Below are positions 1 through 9,189 of a stretch of DNA of 64,000 nt, one piece after another. The stretch comes from a bacterium. GTDB lineage: Bacteria; Hinthialibacterota; Hinthialibacteria; Hinthialibacterales; Hinthialibacteraceae. The notes beneath the pieces were generated by a model that did no database searches, was not told the DNA's origin, and saw nothing but the letters and a program-made list of their open reading frames with translations. Each line of letters starts with the position of its first letter. The stretch's first letter is position 1. A program made the position numbers and the translations under genes. The DNA is taken from contig CAXXSM010000118.1 in the NCBI GenBank assembly GCA_963663405.2, positions 96,001 to 160,000 on the forward strand, given 5' to 3'.

Positions 1-99
1 TCCTGCCGGTATGGCTGTAGTGACGACGATCGTGGCGCAGAGAACGCCCACCGCCAATACGCTTACCCAATCTCTCATTCTGGAATCAATTCGTTTCAT
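1..99 (-). CDS. 5' end of a secreted protein (partial, runs off the window)
   Basis: Manual translation from ATG at 99: MKRIDSRMRDWVSVLAVGVLCATIVVTTAIPAG, signal-peptide-like; GGAG RBS at 107-110 on the minus strand. Confidence 0.7.
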   Translation of the reverse strand, partial: MKRIDSRMRDWVSVLAVGVLCATIVVTTAIPAG

Positions 100-217
100 G
101 GTTTAACTCCATTTCCGATTCGCATAAGGTTAGATTTACGAATTTTCTATTTTCGCACAAATTTAATCAAAATTCGATAGTCAGCGATGGATTTTGAGAG
201 AATTTTTTTTAATCATT

Positions 218-302
218 GTCTGAACCATGATTTACCTGATTTACTTGATTTCTTGATTGTGGATCATGGCAATCATAGAATCCTTCGAATCATGGTTCAG
301 AC
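218..302. repeat. Palindromic REP/MITE-like element, copy 1
   Basis: 15-bp perfect terminal inverted repeat GTCTGAACCATGATT...AATCATGGTTCAGAC with internal ~9-bp periodic TGATT/AATC units. Confidence 0.85.
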
Positions 303-468
303 GAGTAAGCCATTTTGAAAAAAACATAAATACTCCCATTTTCTTTTACTCAATTGCGGGATGATTCGGAAAATGAGGTTCTTCCGGCAAGTGAGTACGT
401 TTCTCAACAAACCATTCACTTATTGAGTGAAATTGTGAAGCCCAGCGCTGTTATGCAGGATTCTTATT

Positions 469-581
469 GTCTGAACCTTGATTAAAAAGCCAGCCAGCTG
501 GCGCTATCTTACTTGATTCGCTTGATTTTCCTGATTTTTAAATCATGGTAATCCTATAATCCTCTGAATCATGGTTCAGAC
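469..581. repeat. Palindromic REP/MITE-like element, copy 2, carrying a ~26-bp nested hairpin
   Basis: Same termini as 218-302 (one mismatch). Extra AAAAAGCCAGCCAGCTGGCGCTATC at 484-508. Downstream tail ~590-656 duplicates ~311-376. Confidence 0.85.
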
Positions 582-751
582 ACTTAAATCATTTTGAAAA
601 AAAAACATAAATACCCCAATTTTCATTACTCAATTGCGGGATGATTCGGAAAATGATATACCCATAGATTCAGATATTGAAAACCATAAGATATACAGAC
701 ACGTCTGAGTTTCGTCTACGAACTCGGCGCCATTCTATCTAGATCGCATAT

Positions 752-2437
752 ATGGAAATCATGATGAAAGTCATTCACAGTTTAATTCTTCTATTTTTGA
801 TCCCATTAATCGGGTTTGCCAAAAGTTATGCGCCACCTGCGCTTTACGGTACGGACGCTCTTGGAAGGACGATGCCGTACGAATCAGAGTTAAGCGAATG
901 TAAGGAAGACCGCTACATCGGGATCTTTTATTTTCTCTGGCTTGAATTAAATCATGTATACGATAACTCACAAATTCTCAAAGAGAATCCACAAGCGGTC
1001 ATGACGAATTCTTCTCCACCGTGGGGACCGGTTAACGCATTCCACTTTTGGGGGGAACCGATGTTTGGATATTATCGCAGTGACGATCCCTGGATTTTGC
1101 GGAGACACGCGATCCTGCTATCCGACGCGGGAGTGGATTTCCTGGTCTTCGATACAACCAATAGTGTGATCTATGAGAACGTGGTCACTCAACTTTGCAA
1201 GGTTTTTGAAGAGCAGCGCCAATTCGGTGAACACACGCCACAGATTGCATTCATGGTCAATACACAAGCGGGTGAAACGGCGCAAAAGATTTACGAATTA
1301 CTCTATAAACCCGGTCTCTATTCCGAACTCTGGTTCCAGTGGAAAGGAAAACCGCTTTTAATCTGCGATCCAGAAAAAGCGACAAACGAGATTGCGGAAT
1401 TCTTCACGCTTCGCAAAGCCCACTGGCCATTTACTCTTGTCAATACTAAAAATGAATGGCATTGGGAAGCCACATATCCTCAAGTGTATTCATACAACGA
1501 AGATCCATCCATACCAGAGCAGGTCAATGTTTCAGTAGGACAAAATCTCCATCAAGACAGCGGTAAGGTAGAAATGATGAGCACAGGAAAAGCGCGTGGC
1601 CGCAGCTTTCATAACGGGAGAGTCGATGTCCGGCCTGGAGCGTATCAATATGGATTTAATGTTGAAGAACAATGGCGCCGCGCCTATGAACTCGATCCTG
1701 AAGTGGTGTTTATCACCGGTTGGAATGAATGGATCGCCATGCAGTTGAATACAAAAGAGGGTGCAGCGATTTTTTGTGATCAGTACAATCTTGAATTCAG
1801 CCGTGATGTCGAAATGATGAAAAACGGCTATGGAGATAACTACTATATGCAGATGGCGGCCAACATACGGCGATTTAAAGGAATGAAAAAACAATCCATC
1901 CATCCCAAAAAGGCGGAATACAAGGATCATGCGCTCGATACGCTGCCCCGCGAGTATCCTGGCTGTGGTGATTATCACTATAACGTTCATTCCGGCCGCA
2001 ATGATTTCCGCGTTTTGCAAGTCACTCAAGACGATGAGAAACTCTATTTTCTAGCCCGGACCGCAGATAACATCACACCATATACCGATCCCAATTGGAT
2101 GTGGCTGTTCATTGATATCAGAAATCACAGTATGCCGGATTGGGAAGGATTTAATTTCCTGGTAAACCGTCATGTTGTAAATCAATCCGAAACCACGTTG
2201 GAAATCTGTGTAGGCGGCTGGAATTGGAAGGCGATAGGTAACGTATCTTATCGAGTGAAAGAGAATGAGATGCGGATTGAAATCCCCAAGAAATTGCTGG
2301 GTATCGAAGACGATTCCTTTGCGCTCGAATTTAAGTGGATTGACAACACACAGAAACCTGGTGATATTTTGGACGTTTACACCAACGGTGACACCGCGCC
2401 AGAAGGCCGTTTTCGATATCGATACGTCTCTGAATAA
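752..2437 (+). CDS. Secreted glycoside hydrolase-like protein (GH99/GH71-like TIM barrel plus C-terminal beta domain)
   Basis: Signal peptide; GIFYFLW, WGEPMFGYYRSDDPW, DAGVDFLVFD and ITGWNEW motifs; true start probably 761 or 764. Confidence 0.65.
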   Translation: MEIMMKVIHSLILLFLIPLIGFAKSYAPPALYGTDALGRTMPYESELSECKEDRYIGIFYFLWLELNHVYDNSQILKENPQAVMTNSSPPWGPVNAFHFWGEPMFGYYRSDDPWILRRHAILLSDAGVDFLVFDTTNSVIYENVVTQLCKVFEEQRQFGEHTPQIAFMVNTQAGETAQKIYELLYKPGLYSELWFQWKGKPLLICDPEKATNEIAEFFTLRKAHWPFTLVNTKNEWHWEATYPQVYSYNEDPSIPEQVNVSVGQNLHQDSGKVEMMSTGKARGRSFHNGRVDVRPGAYQYGFNVEEQWRRAYELDPEVVFITGWNEWIAMQLNTKEGAAIFCDQYNLEFSRDVEMMKNGYGDNYYMQMAANIRRFKGMKKQSIHPKKAEYKDHALDTLPREYPGCGDYHYNVHSGRNDFRVLQVTQDDEKLYFLARTADNITPYTDPNWMWLFIDIRNHSMPDWEGFNFLVNRHVVNQSETTLEICVGGWNWKAIGNVSYRVKENEMRIEIPKKLLGIEDDSFALEFKWIDNTQKPGDILDVYTNGDTAPEGRFRYRYVSE

Positions 2438-2504
2438 AATCCCGTTGGCAGTGAATCATATGCTTTCGCCGAAAGATAATAATAAAAATATAGAGGAGAA
2501 ACAG

Positions 2505-3200
2505 ATGACCGACGAACGAATAAATCGCCGTCAAATGAGCGGTCTGCTTGGAACCGGAATTACAGCGGTTGGTTTGGCCGCTTCCAGCGCCTACGCCGAT
2601 GAGAAAAATGGAGCTAAGAAAGCCGGCAAAGTGCTGATGCCGATTGGGGACGCTACCGAGGCGATGGATACGCTATACCCTTTCTTCCGGCTTGCTGAGG
2701 AGGAATTCGAAGTGGTTGTCGCCGGTCCAGAAGCGAGATTGTATCACATGGTCTTACACGAAGTCCCGCCCAACAGCGATGTGCCTTGGGATCTGACACA
2801 GGAAACGCCTGGCTACCACATCGAGGCGAAGATCGCCTTCAAGGATGTAAGGCCTGAGGAATACGCCGGTCTGTTCCTTTCCGGTGGACGCGCGCCGGAA
2901 TATATCCGTTATGACAAAGACCTGATGAGGATTACAAAATACTTTGTGGAAAAGAACAAGCCCATCGCGGTTGTCTGCCATGGGATTGAGATTATCGCCG
3001 CGGCTGGCGGACTTAAAAACGGCCGCCGCGCCACAACTGTAGGGAAATGCGCGTTGGATATCACCCAGACCGGCGGTGTGTATGTGAACAAGCCTTGCGT
3101 TGTTGACGGAAATCTTGTAAGCGCTTCCACATGGCACGACTATGGAACGCCGTTCTTTAAGATCTTCATTGAGATGATGCGGAAGTCTACTAAGAATTGA
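2505..3200 (+). CDS. DJ-1/PfpI family protein with twin-arginine signal
   Basis: GAGGAG RBS before ATG 2505; NRRQM Tat-like leader; GGRAPEY, AVVCHG nucleophile Cys and VVDGNLVSA motifs. Confidence 0.85.
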   Translation: MTDERINRRQMSGLLGTGITAVGLAASSAYADEKNGAKKAGKVLMPIGDATEAMDTLYPFFRLAEEEFEVVVAGPEARLYHMVLHEVPPNSDVPWDLTQETPGYHIEAKIAFKDVRPEEYAGLFLSGGRAPEYIRYDKDLMRITKYFVEKNKPIAVVCHGIEIIAAAGGLKNGRRATTVGKCALDITQTGGVYVNKPCVVDGNLVSASTWHDYGTPFFKIFIEMMRKSTKN

Positions 3201-3243
3201 AATCCTTCGCAGTAAATAGTCCGGAAAATTTGATAATCAAAAC

Positions 3244-5874
3244 ATGAAAACCTATTTTTACATTCTCACAATCCTCTTAACCATAGCGTATTCCACAGCC
3301 AGTCAGCCTGAATCATACACACGGCATATGGGATTAAACATCATCCTTGGGGAACAAGCTGGACGAGTGGAACAGAACGCGGGGGAGCTGTTGCGTGAAC
3401 GTGTTTTGGAAATGTGTGACGTTACCGTCAATTTGACGCATGATGAAGCCGCATGGAAGAAGCAAGAAGATTTTCTGACAATTCTACTCGGACGGCCGGA
3501 TCACCACCAGCGAATCCGTGAACTATTCGACCGAAATAGGATCAAATATCCCGGCGCTGGCGATCCTGGTACAGAAGGATTTCTTTTAATTCGGTCTCCG
3601 GATATAGAGGATGGTATTGTAATTGCCGCGGGTGTGGATGACCGGGGCGTCGTCTATGGTGTGGGGGAGATCCTGCGGCGGATGGATTGTGATGATTCCC
3701 GTTTCGATTTTCCTTCCAGCCTTCGTATTCGCACCGCTCCCGCGTTTGAGATACGCGGTACACAGTTCGATCAAGGCGGTAAAATGCTCACACTGACCGG
3801 CGCGCGATGGTGGACATTCGAAGAACAAAAACGGGTGATCCTTGATTACATGTTAGCGGGAGCCAATACATTCAACGTTAGCGTTGGTCTCAAACCGGAC
3901 GATCCACTGTTTCAATTGTTTAAAGACTTCGATCTAAAAACCATCGTTCACTACAGCGCCAACGCCGGATCGGGAAAACCGGAATGGGAAGCCCGCGAGT
4001 CCATTGGCCGCCGCGGTTATTTATGCCCCTCAATTCCCGAAGCGCGTAAAAGCCTGCTTCAGCAATGCGAAAACGCATTTAAGAACAGCGTCTCATTTGA
4101 TTATGTCCGTTTCCCCGCTGGAGACGGCGGCGGGTGCGAGTGCGATCGCTGCGATCCGTATGGCCGGACGTTAATGCTTTTATGCGAAGACTACGCTAAA
4201 ATTATTCAACGCTACCATCCCGATACAGAAATCTTTGTCACAAACCAAAAACTTGATAACGATGATGATTTGGCGATATTTGAATATCTAAATGAAGAAC
4301 CACGATCGTGGCTGCGCGCTCTTTGTTACGGACCCGGTTCAGACGCGATGACCTGGCAACAGGGACGGCGGCAAACTCACCGGATGGATCTGTTCCGCTA
4401 TCCGGGATTCGGCCCCTTCGACCGTTATTTGCGCGAGATCCTGCATCAACTGCCGCCACAGCAGTCCATTGTTTTTTATAATGAATTGACCCATTGGTAT
4501 TACTCACAATATGGTTACGTTCATAAACAACCGCCACCCGATAGGGATGGAAATAGGCCACCGCATTGGGGGCATTTCATCTACGAACGGCATCCCGATC
4601 CATTCTTGGTAATGGTCTACGAAAGACAAACCTTTTTCGCTTGGCCGCGTTTTTACCATTATGTATTCAATGAAACAATGCGCTATGGCATCGGTGATGT
4701 CACGCACTCCAGCGGCCATCACGATCATTTCAATCAATGGATGTGGATGCGGCTGCTCTGGGCGCCACATACCAGCGTAGAAGATGTTGTTTATGAATAC
4801 GCCAAAACTTGGTTTGGCCGTGATGCGGCGCCGCTGATGACAAAGGCCATTTTCCAGTTAGAACAAAATCTTGAAGATCCTCTGCTGACCAACACGGGAA
4901 TTGATGATTATTATCTTTGGGTGAAAAAAGCAGGTTGGAGAATACCACATGGCATGTTTCAAAAGAGCTGGCTCTGGCGGCAATACATGCAGAAGGCTGC
5001 GCTGGATAAATACATTCAACTCGAAGGCCGCTCACAAGTTAAATTGAAAGAGAAAATCGAAAAACATATCGCCGCCGCAATGGAACGCGGCGAAACAGAC
5101 CATGCGATACAAGAGGCGCTGGCTTGGTTTGATGAACGCAAAGAGACGGAGGAGATGCGCAGATTGCGTGATGAGGCTGGCCGTTTGGGGGAAGAAAGCG
5201 ATCGGCTTTTCGGTGTCCGTAACACAGGCTATTTTAATTTAACACATGATTTCATCGGCTTGGGCTGGTTGAAAAAACAATTATCAAAGGCCAGAGAGGC
5301 AACGGGTAAACAACGCGCTGAATTGCTTGAACGGATTGTCCGTTATGAAGATCCTGGTGAAGGCGGTTTTTATGATAACGCAGGCGCGCCGGGTGAAGCG
5401 CCTCATATGATTGTTGGTACACAGTTTGATCATGGACAGCCGTATTGGCCTGACGCGCTCTCTGAGAGCAACCGGCCCAGCCAGCGAATCATGGCGTTTA
5501 CCGCTCATGAAAGTCCAGGCGTTACGTTTGCGTACACGGATTTGGATACAGACGCCCACTACTGCGTCCGCCTATCTTTGGTTCGGCCCCGGTATCAGGA
5601 ACGCTACGCGATGCGCATGAATCAAAAACGCCAATCCATTTACGCTGACGATTTTCCACTCGCGATTAATCTAGAAATCCCGGAATATGAAAGTGAATTC
5701 TTCGAATTTGATATTCCACCATCCGCAACCAACGATGGGCGTCTAACAATCCGCTTCGAAAAAGATCCAGACGTTCCTGGAGGGGATTGGATCGACACAC
5801 AAATCTGGCGCAACTGCGGGGGTTGGGGAACACTGGTTTCCGAAATATGGTTAATAAAAAATCCCGCTAAATAA
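3244..5874 (+). CDS. Large secreted hypothetical protein with GH20/GH67-like N-terminal domain
   Basis: Signal peptide; EGFLL...IAAGVDDRGVVYGVGEILR..P.FEIRG pattern; GDGGGCECDRC Cys cluster; 876-aa ORF. Confidence 0.6.
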   Translation: MKTYFYILTILLTIAYSTASQPESYTRHMGLNIILGEQAGRVEQNAGELLRERVLEMCDVTVNLTHDEAAWKKQEDFLTILLGRPDHHQRIRELFDRNRIKYPGAGDPGTEGFLLIRSPDIEDGIVIAAGVDDRGVVYGVGEILRRMDCDDSRFDFPSSLRIRTAPAFEIRGTQFDQGGKMLTLTGARWWTFEEQKRVILDYMLAGANTFNVSVGLKPDDPLFQLFKDFDLKTIVHYSANAGSGKPEWEARESIGRRGYLCPSIPEARKSLLQQCENAFKNSVSFDYVRFPAGDGGGCECDRCDPYGRTLMLLCEDYAKIIQRYHPDTEIFVTNQKLDNDDDLAIFEYLNEEPRSWLRALCYGPGSDAMTWQQGRRQTHRMDLFRYPGFGPFDRYLREILHQLPPQQSIVFYNELTHWYYSQYGYVHKQPPPDRDGNRPPHWGHFIYERHPDPFLVMVYERQTFFAWPRFYHYVFNETMRYGIGDVTHSSGHHDHFNQWMWMRLLWAPHTSVEDVVYEYAKTWFGRDAAPLMTKAIFQLEQNLEDPLLTNTGIDDYYLWVKKAGWRIPHGMFQKSWLWRQYMQKAALDKYIQLEGRSQVKLKEKIEKHIAAAMERGETDHAIQEALAWFDERKETEEMRRLRDEAGRLGEESDRLFGVRNTGYFNLTHDFIGLGWLKKQLSKAREATGKQRAELLERIVRYEDPGEGGFYDNAGAPGEAPHMIVGTQFDHGQPYWPDALSESNRPSQRIMAFTAHESPGVTFAYTDLDTDAHYCVRLSLVRPRYQERYAMRMNQKRQSIYADDFPLAINLEIPEYESEFFEFDIPPSATNDGRLTIRFEKDPDVPGGDWIDTQIWRNCGGWGTLVSEIWLIKNPAK

Positions 5875-6031
5875 AGAGAATCAGGATATTTTCAATAGTC
5901 AAAATTTATCCCTGGTGGATGTGATAATCAAAACAGCGGAACACTCTCTTAGGCTGTCCTTGATAAGACGTCAATAACGTAAGACAATACATCAAACACG
6001 TCATTCATTTTATAACTTGGAGGTCATTGCA

Positions 6032-7465
6032 ATGTGTGAACAATGTACGCGGCGAGGATTCTTGGCAACGGGATTAACGAGTGGAGTGATGCTTACCGGC
6101 GCCTCTTGGAAGGACGCGTGGGCATCGCAGTCGCCGCCCCCTCAGCAACAAGGCAAGATACGAATTTGCGTCATTATTACCGGCGAGCCTGCGCCCGAAG
6201 ACCGGGATTGGGGAGTGGGCGCATCGAAGGTCGAGGCCATGAAAGCCCACTTGGCCAAAGTGGAAAAAGAGTTGGGTAATATTGAATTAATCGTAGGACA
6301 ATCGAGAAGTCCAGAGCAAACGGCGGAATTGTTGGAAAAGGCGGGGCCGGAAGCGCCTGTCCTAACGATCAACGTGCGAAATTTCGCTTTAACAAGAGTC
6401 GTGAAACCGATACTAGATGCGGAGCGCCCCATGGCGGTATTCTCACTGCCGGCCAGCGGTCACGATTGGATGTACGCTCCCCGGTGGCATCGGCAGGGAC
6501 ATCGCGTGACTCTTCTTGCGAGCCGTGACTTTTACGAACTGGAACGCGCCCTTCGTCTGCTGCGTGTCATTCCCATGATGCGGCGGACTCGAATCCTCCT
6601 CTTTCCACCGGCTCGAGGCACAGCGCCCGCCCAATCCCCGAAGGAAGTTAAAAAGCGTTTAGGGGCTGATGTCGTGGCTGTTGAAGAGAAGGCTTTTGAC
6701 GAAATGATCGCCGCCGCGGATGACAAAGCAGTTAAAGATGAGGCCAACTGGTGGACAAAGAACGCGAAGAAGATCATCGAGCCGAATGAAGAGGATATCA
6801 TGAAAGCCGCCCGTGTCAGCATAGCGATCCAAGATCTCGTTGAAAAGGAACGGGCGCAAGGATTGGCTGTGGGCACGTGCATGGGCTGGTTGTCCAAAGG
6901 ATTTCCATGCTTGGGATTTACCCGCCTTCGCGACAATGGCCTACCTGCGGCATGCGAAGGGGATATGGACTCATTATTGACCATGATTCTATTCCAGTAC
7001 ATGATCGACCAGCCTGGTTTCCAAGGCAACGCCACCTTTGACACCTCCCGCAATGCTCTCTGGACAGCGCATTGCACGGCGCCTCTAAAGATGGACGGCA
7101 AAGATGGCAAAGAAGCGCCTTATCTTCTGCGTGGACATTCCGAGGTCGGTGGGAGTGGCTGTGTGCCTGAAGTTCAATACCGGCTTGGTGAGACCATCAC
7201 ACGAACCAAACTTGTCAACTTGGATACGATCCTCGCATCGACAGGCAAGATCATCGAAGTGCCGGAGAAATCAGTACATGCTTGCCGTACCCAGATCGTC
7301 ACTGAAGTTCGCGATGCGACGAAAATGGTTGCTAACTGGAGCAGCGTTCTTGAGACGGAAGACGCTATGACCTTGCTGCACCGTGTTGTATTCTACGGTG
7401 ATCACATGGATAGCGTCTATCACATCTCCCGGTTAATGGGCATGAAAGTCGTCGAGGAATGTTGA
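6032..7465 (+). CDS. L-fucose/L-arabinose isomerase-like protein with Tat signal
   Basis: GGAGG RBS; TRRGFL; FPCLG, ACEGD, AHCTAP, CRTQ and HRVVFYGD motifs of the FucI-like fold. Confidence 0.7.
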   Translation: MCEQCTRRGFLATGLTSGVMLTGASWKDAWASQSPPPQQQGKIRICVIITGEPAPEDRDWGVGASKVEAMKAHLAKVEKELGNIELIVGQSRSPEQTAELLEKAGPEAPVLTINVRNFALTRVVKPILDAERPMAVFSLPASGHDWMYAPRWHRQGHRVTLLASRDFYELERALRLLRVIPMMRRTRILLFPPARGTAPAQSPKEVKKRLGADVVAVEEKAFDEMIAAADDKAVKDEANWWTKNAKKIIEPNEEDIMKAARVSIAIQDLVEKERAQGLAVGTCMGWLSKGFPCLGFTRLRDNGLPAACEGDMDSLLTMILFQYMIDQPGFQGNATFDTSRNALWTAHCTAPLKMDGKDGKEAPYLLRGHSEVGGSGCVPEVQYRLGETITRTKLVNLDTILASTGKIIEVPEKSVHACRTQIVTEVRDATKMVANWSSVLETEDAMTLLHRVVFYGDHMDSVYHISRLMGMKVVEEC

Positions 7466-7527
7466 ACGATTAGCAACACTATGCTGTCAGTGTGTAATCC
7501 ATCGCCTCAAGAACGGTAACGTGTTTC

Positions 7528-9033
7528 CTATAATTCCCACCCTTTCCGGTAATTCCGGTAGAGATATTGATTCGCTTCAGAAGAATTCGTAATTTTCATC
7601 TTTTCGCTATCGAATTTCACTTTTGTCCCTGCGCGCAGCGCGACGGTTCCCAAATTCACGGTATCCGTAATCGACGCCGCATTTAAGAAGTTTCCGGGGG
7701 AAGGTTCTCCACCTTGGCAGGCGCGAATCCAATGTTCGTATCGCTTACCGCTTCGGGCTTTTTTTCTTGCGTCTTCGTCTATTGGAAGCGGTTCCATTTT
7801 CCCGTTTGCGAACAATTGCGGTTTCTCTCCGTGGAAACTCGCCATGATTGCGCCCTCCTCTCCAATGAACAAAATTCCCTCTTTATCCATTGTGATATCG
7901 TGCGCTTCGATTTCATGGGGCAGTCGTGGTTTCATCCCCCCATCGTACCAGAACAGATCCAATTCTGGACGATCGTCACTTGCGGCAAAGTGGAAGCGGA
8001 GAGAGCAAGCGATTGGATAGGAGAAGTTATTTTCAACGGTCTTACTTACATGATCTTGAATAAAACAGGTATGCGTCGCCCAGGCCTGCGCGCTTACGGC
8101 TGAATCCAGATTTAATGCGGCAAAGACCGGCCAGAGGCTATAGATCCCCATATCGGCCATGGAACCACCACCGAAGTCGTACCATCCCCGAAAAACCGTA
8201 TGTGTGTAATGAGGATGATAGGGCCGATCTTGTTCGGGTCCGAGCCAGAGATCCCAATCGAATCCATCGGGAACTGGAGGCCGGTCTTTTGGGATCTCCG
8301 TATACTGCGGCCAGACCGGCCGATTCGACCAGTTATGGATTTCACGCAGTTTTCCAATCACGCCTTGCTTAATGCTCTCCACAATCATCTCATTTCCGGT
8401 TCCACTGCCATAAGCCAGCAGATGTGTGGCTCGTTTCGTTTGGCGCGCCGCTTCCATTACCAATCGTCCCTCATACAACCGGTTGGCGATGGGTTTATGC
8501 ACCAAAACATGCTTCCCCTTCCTCATCGCCGCGATTGCTATCGTCGCATGCAGGTGATCAGGCGTCATGATCTTAACCGCATCCACTTCCTTTTCATTTT
8601 CCAACAGATCACGAAAATCGGCGTAGGCGGCGCATCCGGAATAATTCTCTTTGCTCCGGTTGTTCGCGTAGTATGTATTCACCACTTCCCGGCCAATCTC
8701 CCGGCCTCCAGGACAGCCGCTCTTCCCTTCCCCCCAGGAAGGTTGGCTTAGATATTTCCGAATTCTGTTACGCATGCTATTTTTGCCCCATTCGACATAG
8801 TCGCTGCTTTCCTTGTTCGGATCGCAGACTGCAACGATTTGAAATTGTGGATCCTCAAGTAAACCACCCAGCTCGTTAAATCCTTGGGTTCCCATACCAA
8901 TGTGAGCTAAGGTAATCTTATCGTTTGGAGAGACGTACCCACTTCCCCCCAAGACAGGCCGGGCCACAATTGTCAGAGCTCCTGTTGAAACAGCCGAACC
9001 TAAAAACCTGCGTCGATTAACCTGTTTTGTCAT
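7528..9033 (-). CDS. Gfo/Idh/MocA oxidoreductase, Tat-exported
   Basis: NRRRFL; IGMGTQG; TPDHLH; HKP; DWDLWLGP; DFGGGSMADMG. Confidence 0.9.
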   Translation of the reverse strand: MTKQVNRRRFLGSAVSTGALTIVARPVLGGSGYVSPNDKITLAHIGMGTQGFNELGGLLEDPQFQIVAVCDPNKESSDYVEWGKNSMRNRIRKYLSQPSWGEGKSGCPGGREIGREVVNTYYANNRSKENYSGCAAYADFRDLLENEKEVDAVKIMTPDHLHATIAIAAMRKGKHVLVHKPIANRLYEGRLVMEAARQTKRATHLLAYGSGTGNEMIVESIKQGVIGKLREIHNWSNRPVWPQYTEIPKDRPPVPDGFDWDLWLGPEQDRPYHPHYTHTVFRGWYDFGGGSMADMGIYSLWPVFAALNLDSAVSAQAWATHTCFIQDHVSKTVENNFSYPIACSLRFHFAASDDRPELDLFWYDGGMKPRLPHEIEAHDITMDKEGILFIGEEGAIMASFHGEKPQLFANGKMEPLPIDEDARKKARSGKRYEHWIRACQGGEPSPGNFLNAASITDTVNLGTVALRAGTKVKFDSEKMKITNSSEANQYLYRNYRKGWEL

Positions 9034-9189
9034 CGGAATACTCCTCTATTAGATCTATTTTTCCATTATTATTTGTAACCGTTTTTTATTCCAACAAGTA
9101 AACGAAGTTTTTCAAACCCGCTCACTCATAGGATCTGTTCATCAATTCCTGCATAGATACAAAAAAAGTGTATGACGCTTCACGTTGAT

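Noticed and set aside
215-656. CRISPR array
   Set aside because: Repeats are long palindromes with shared flanks, there are no regular unique spacers, and no cas genes are in the window
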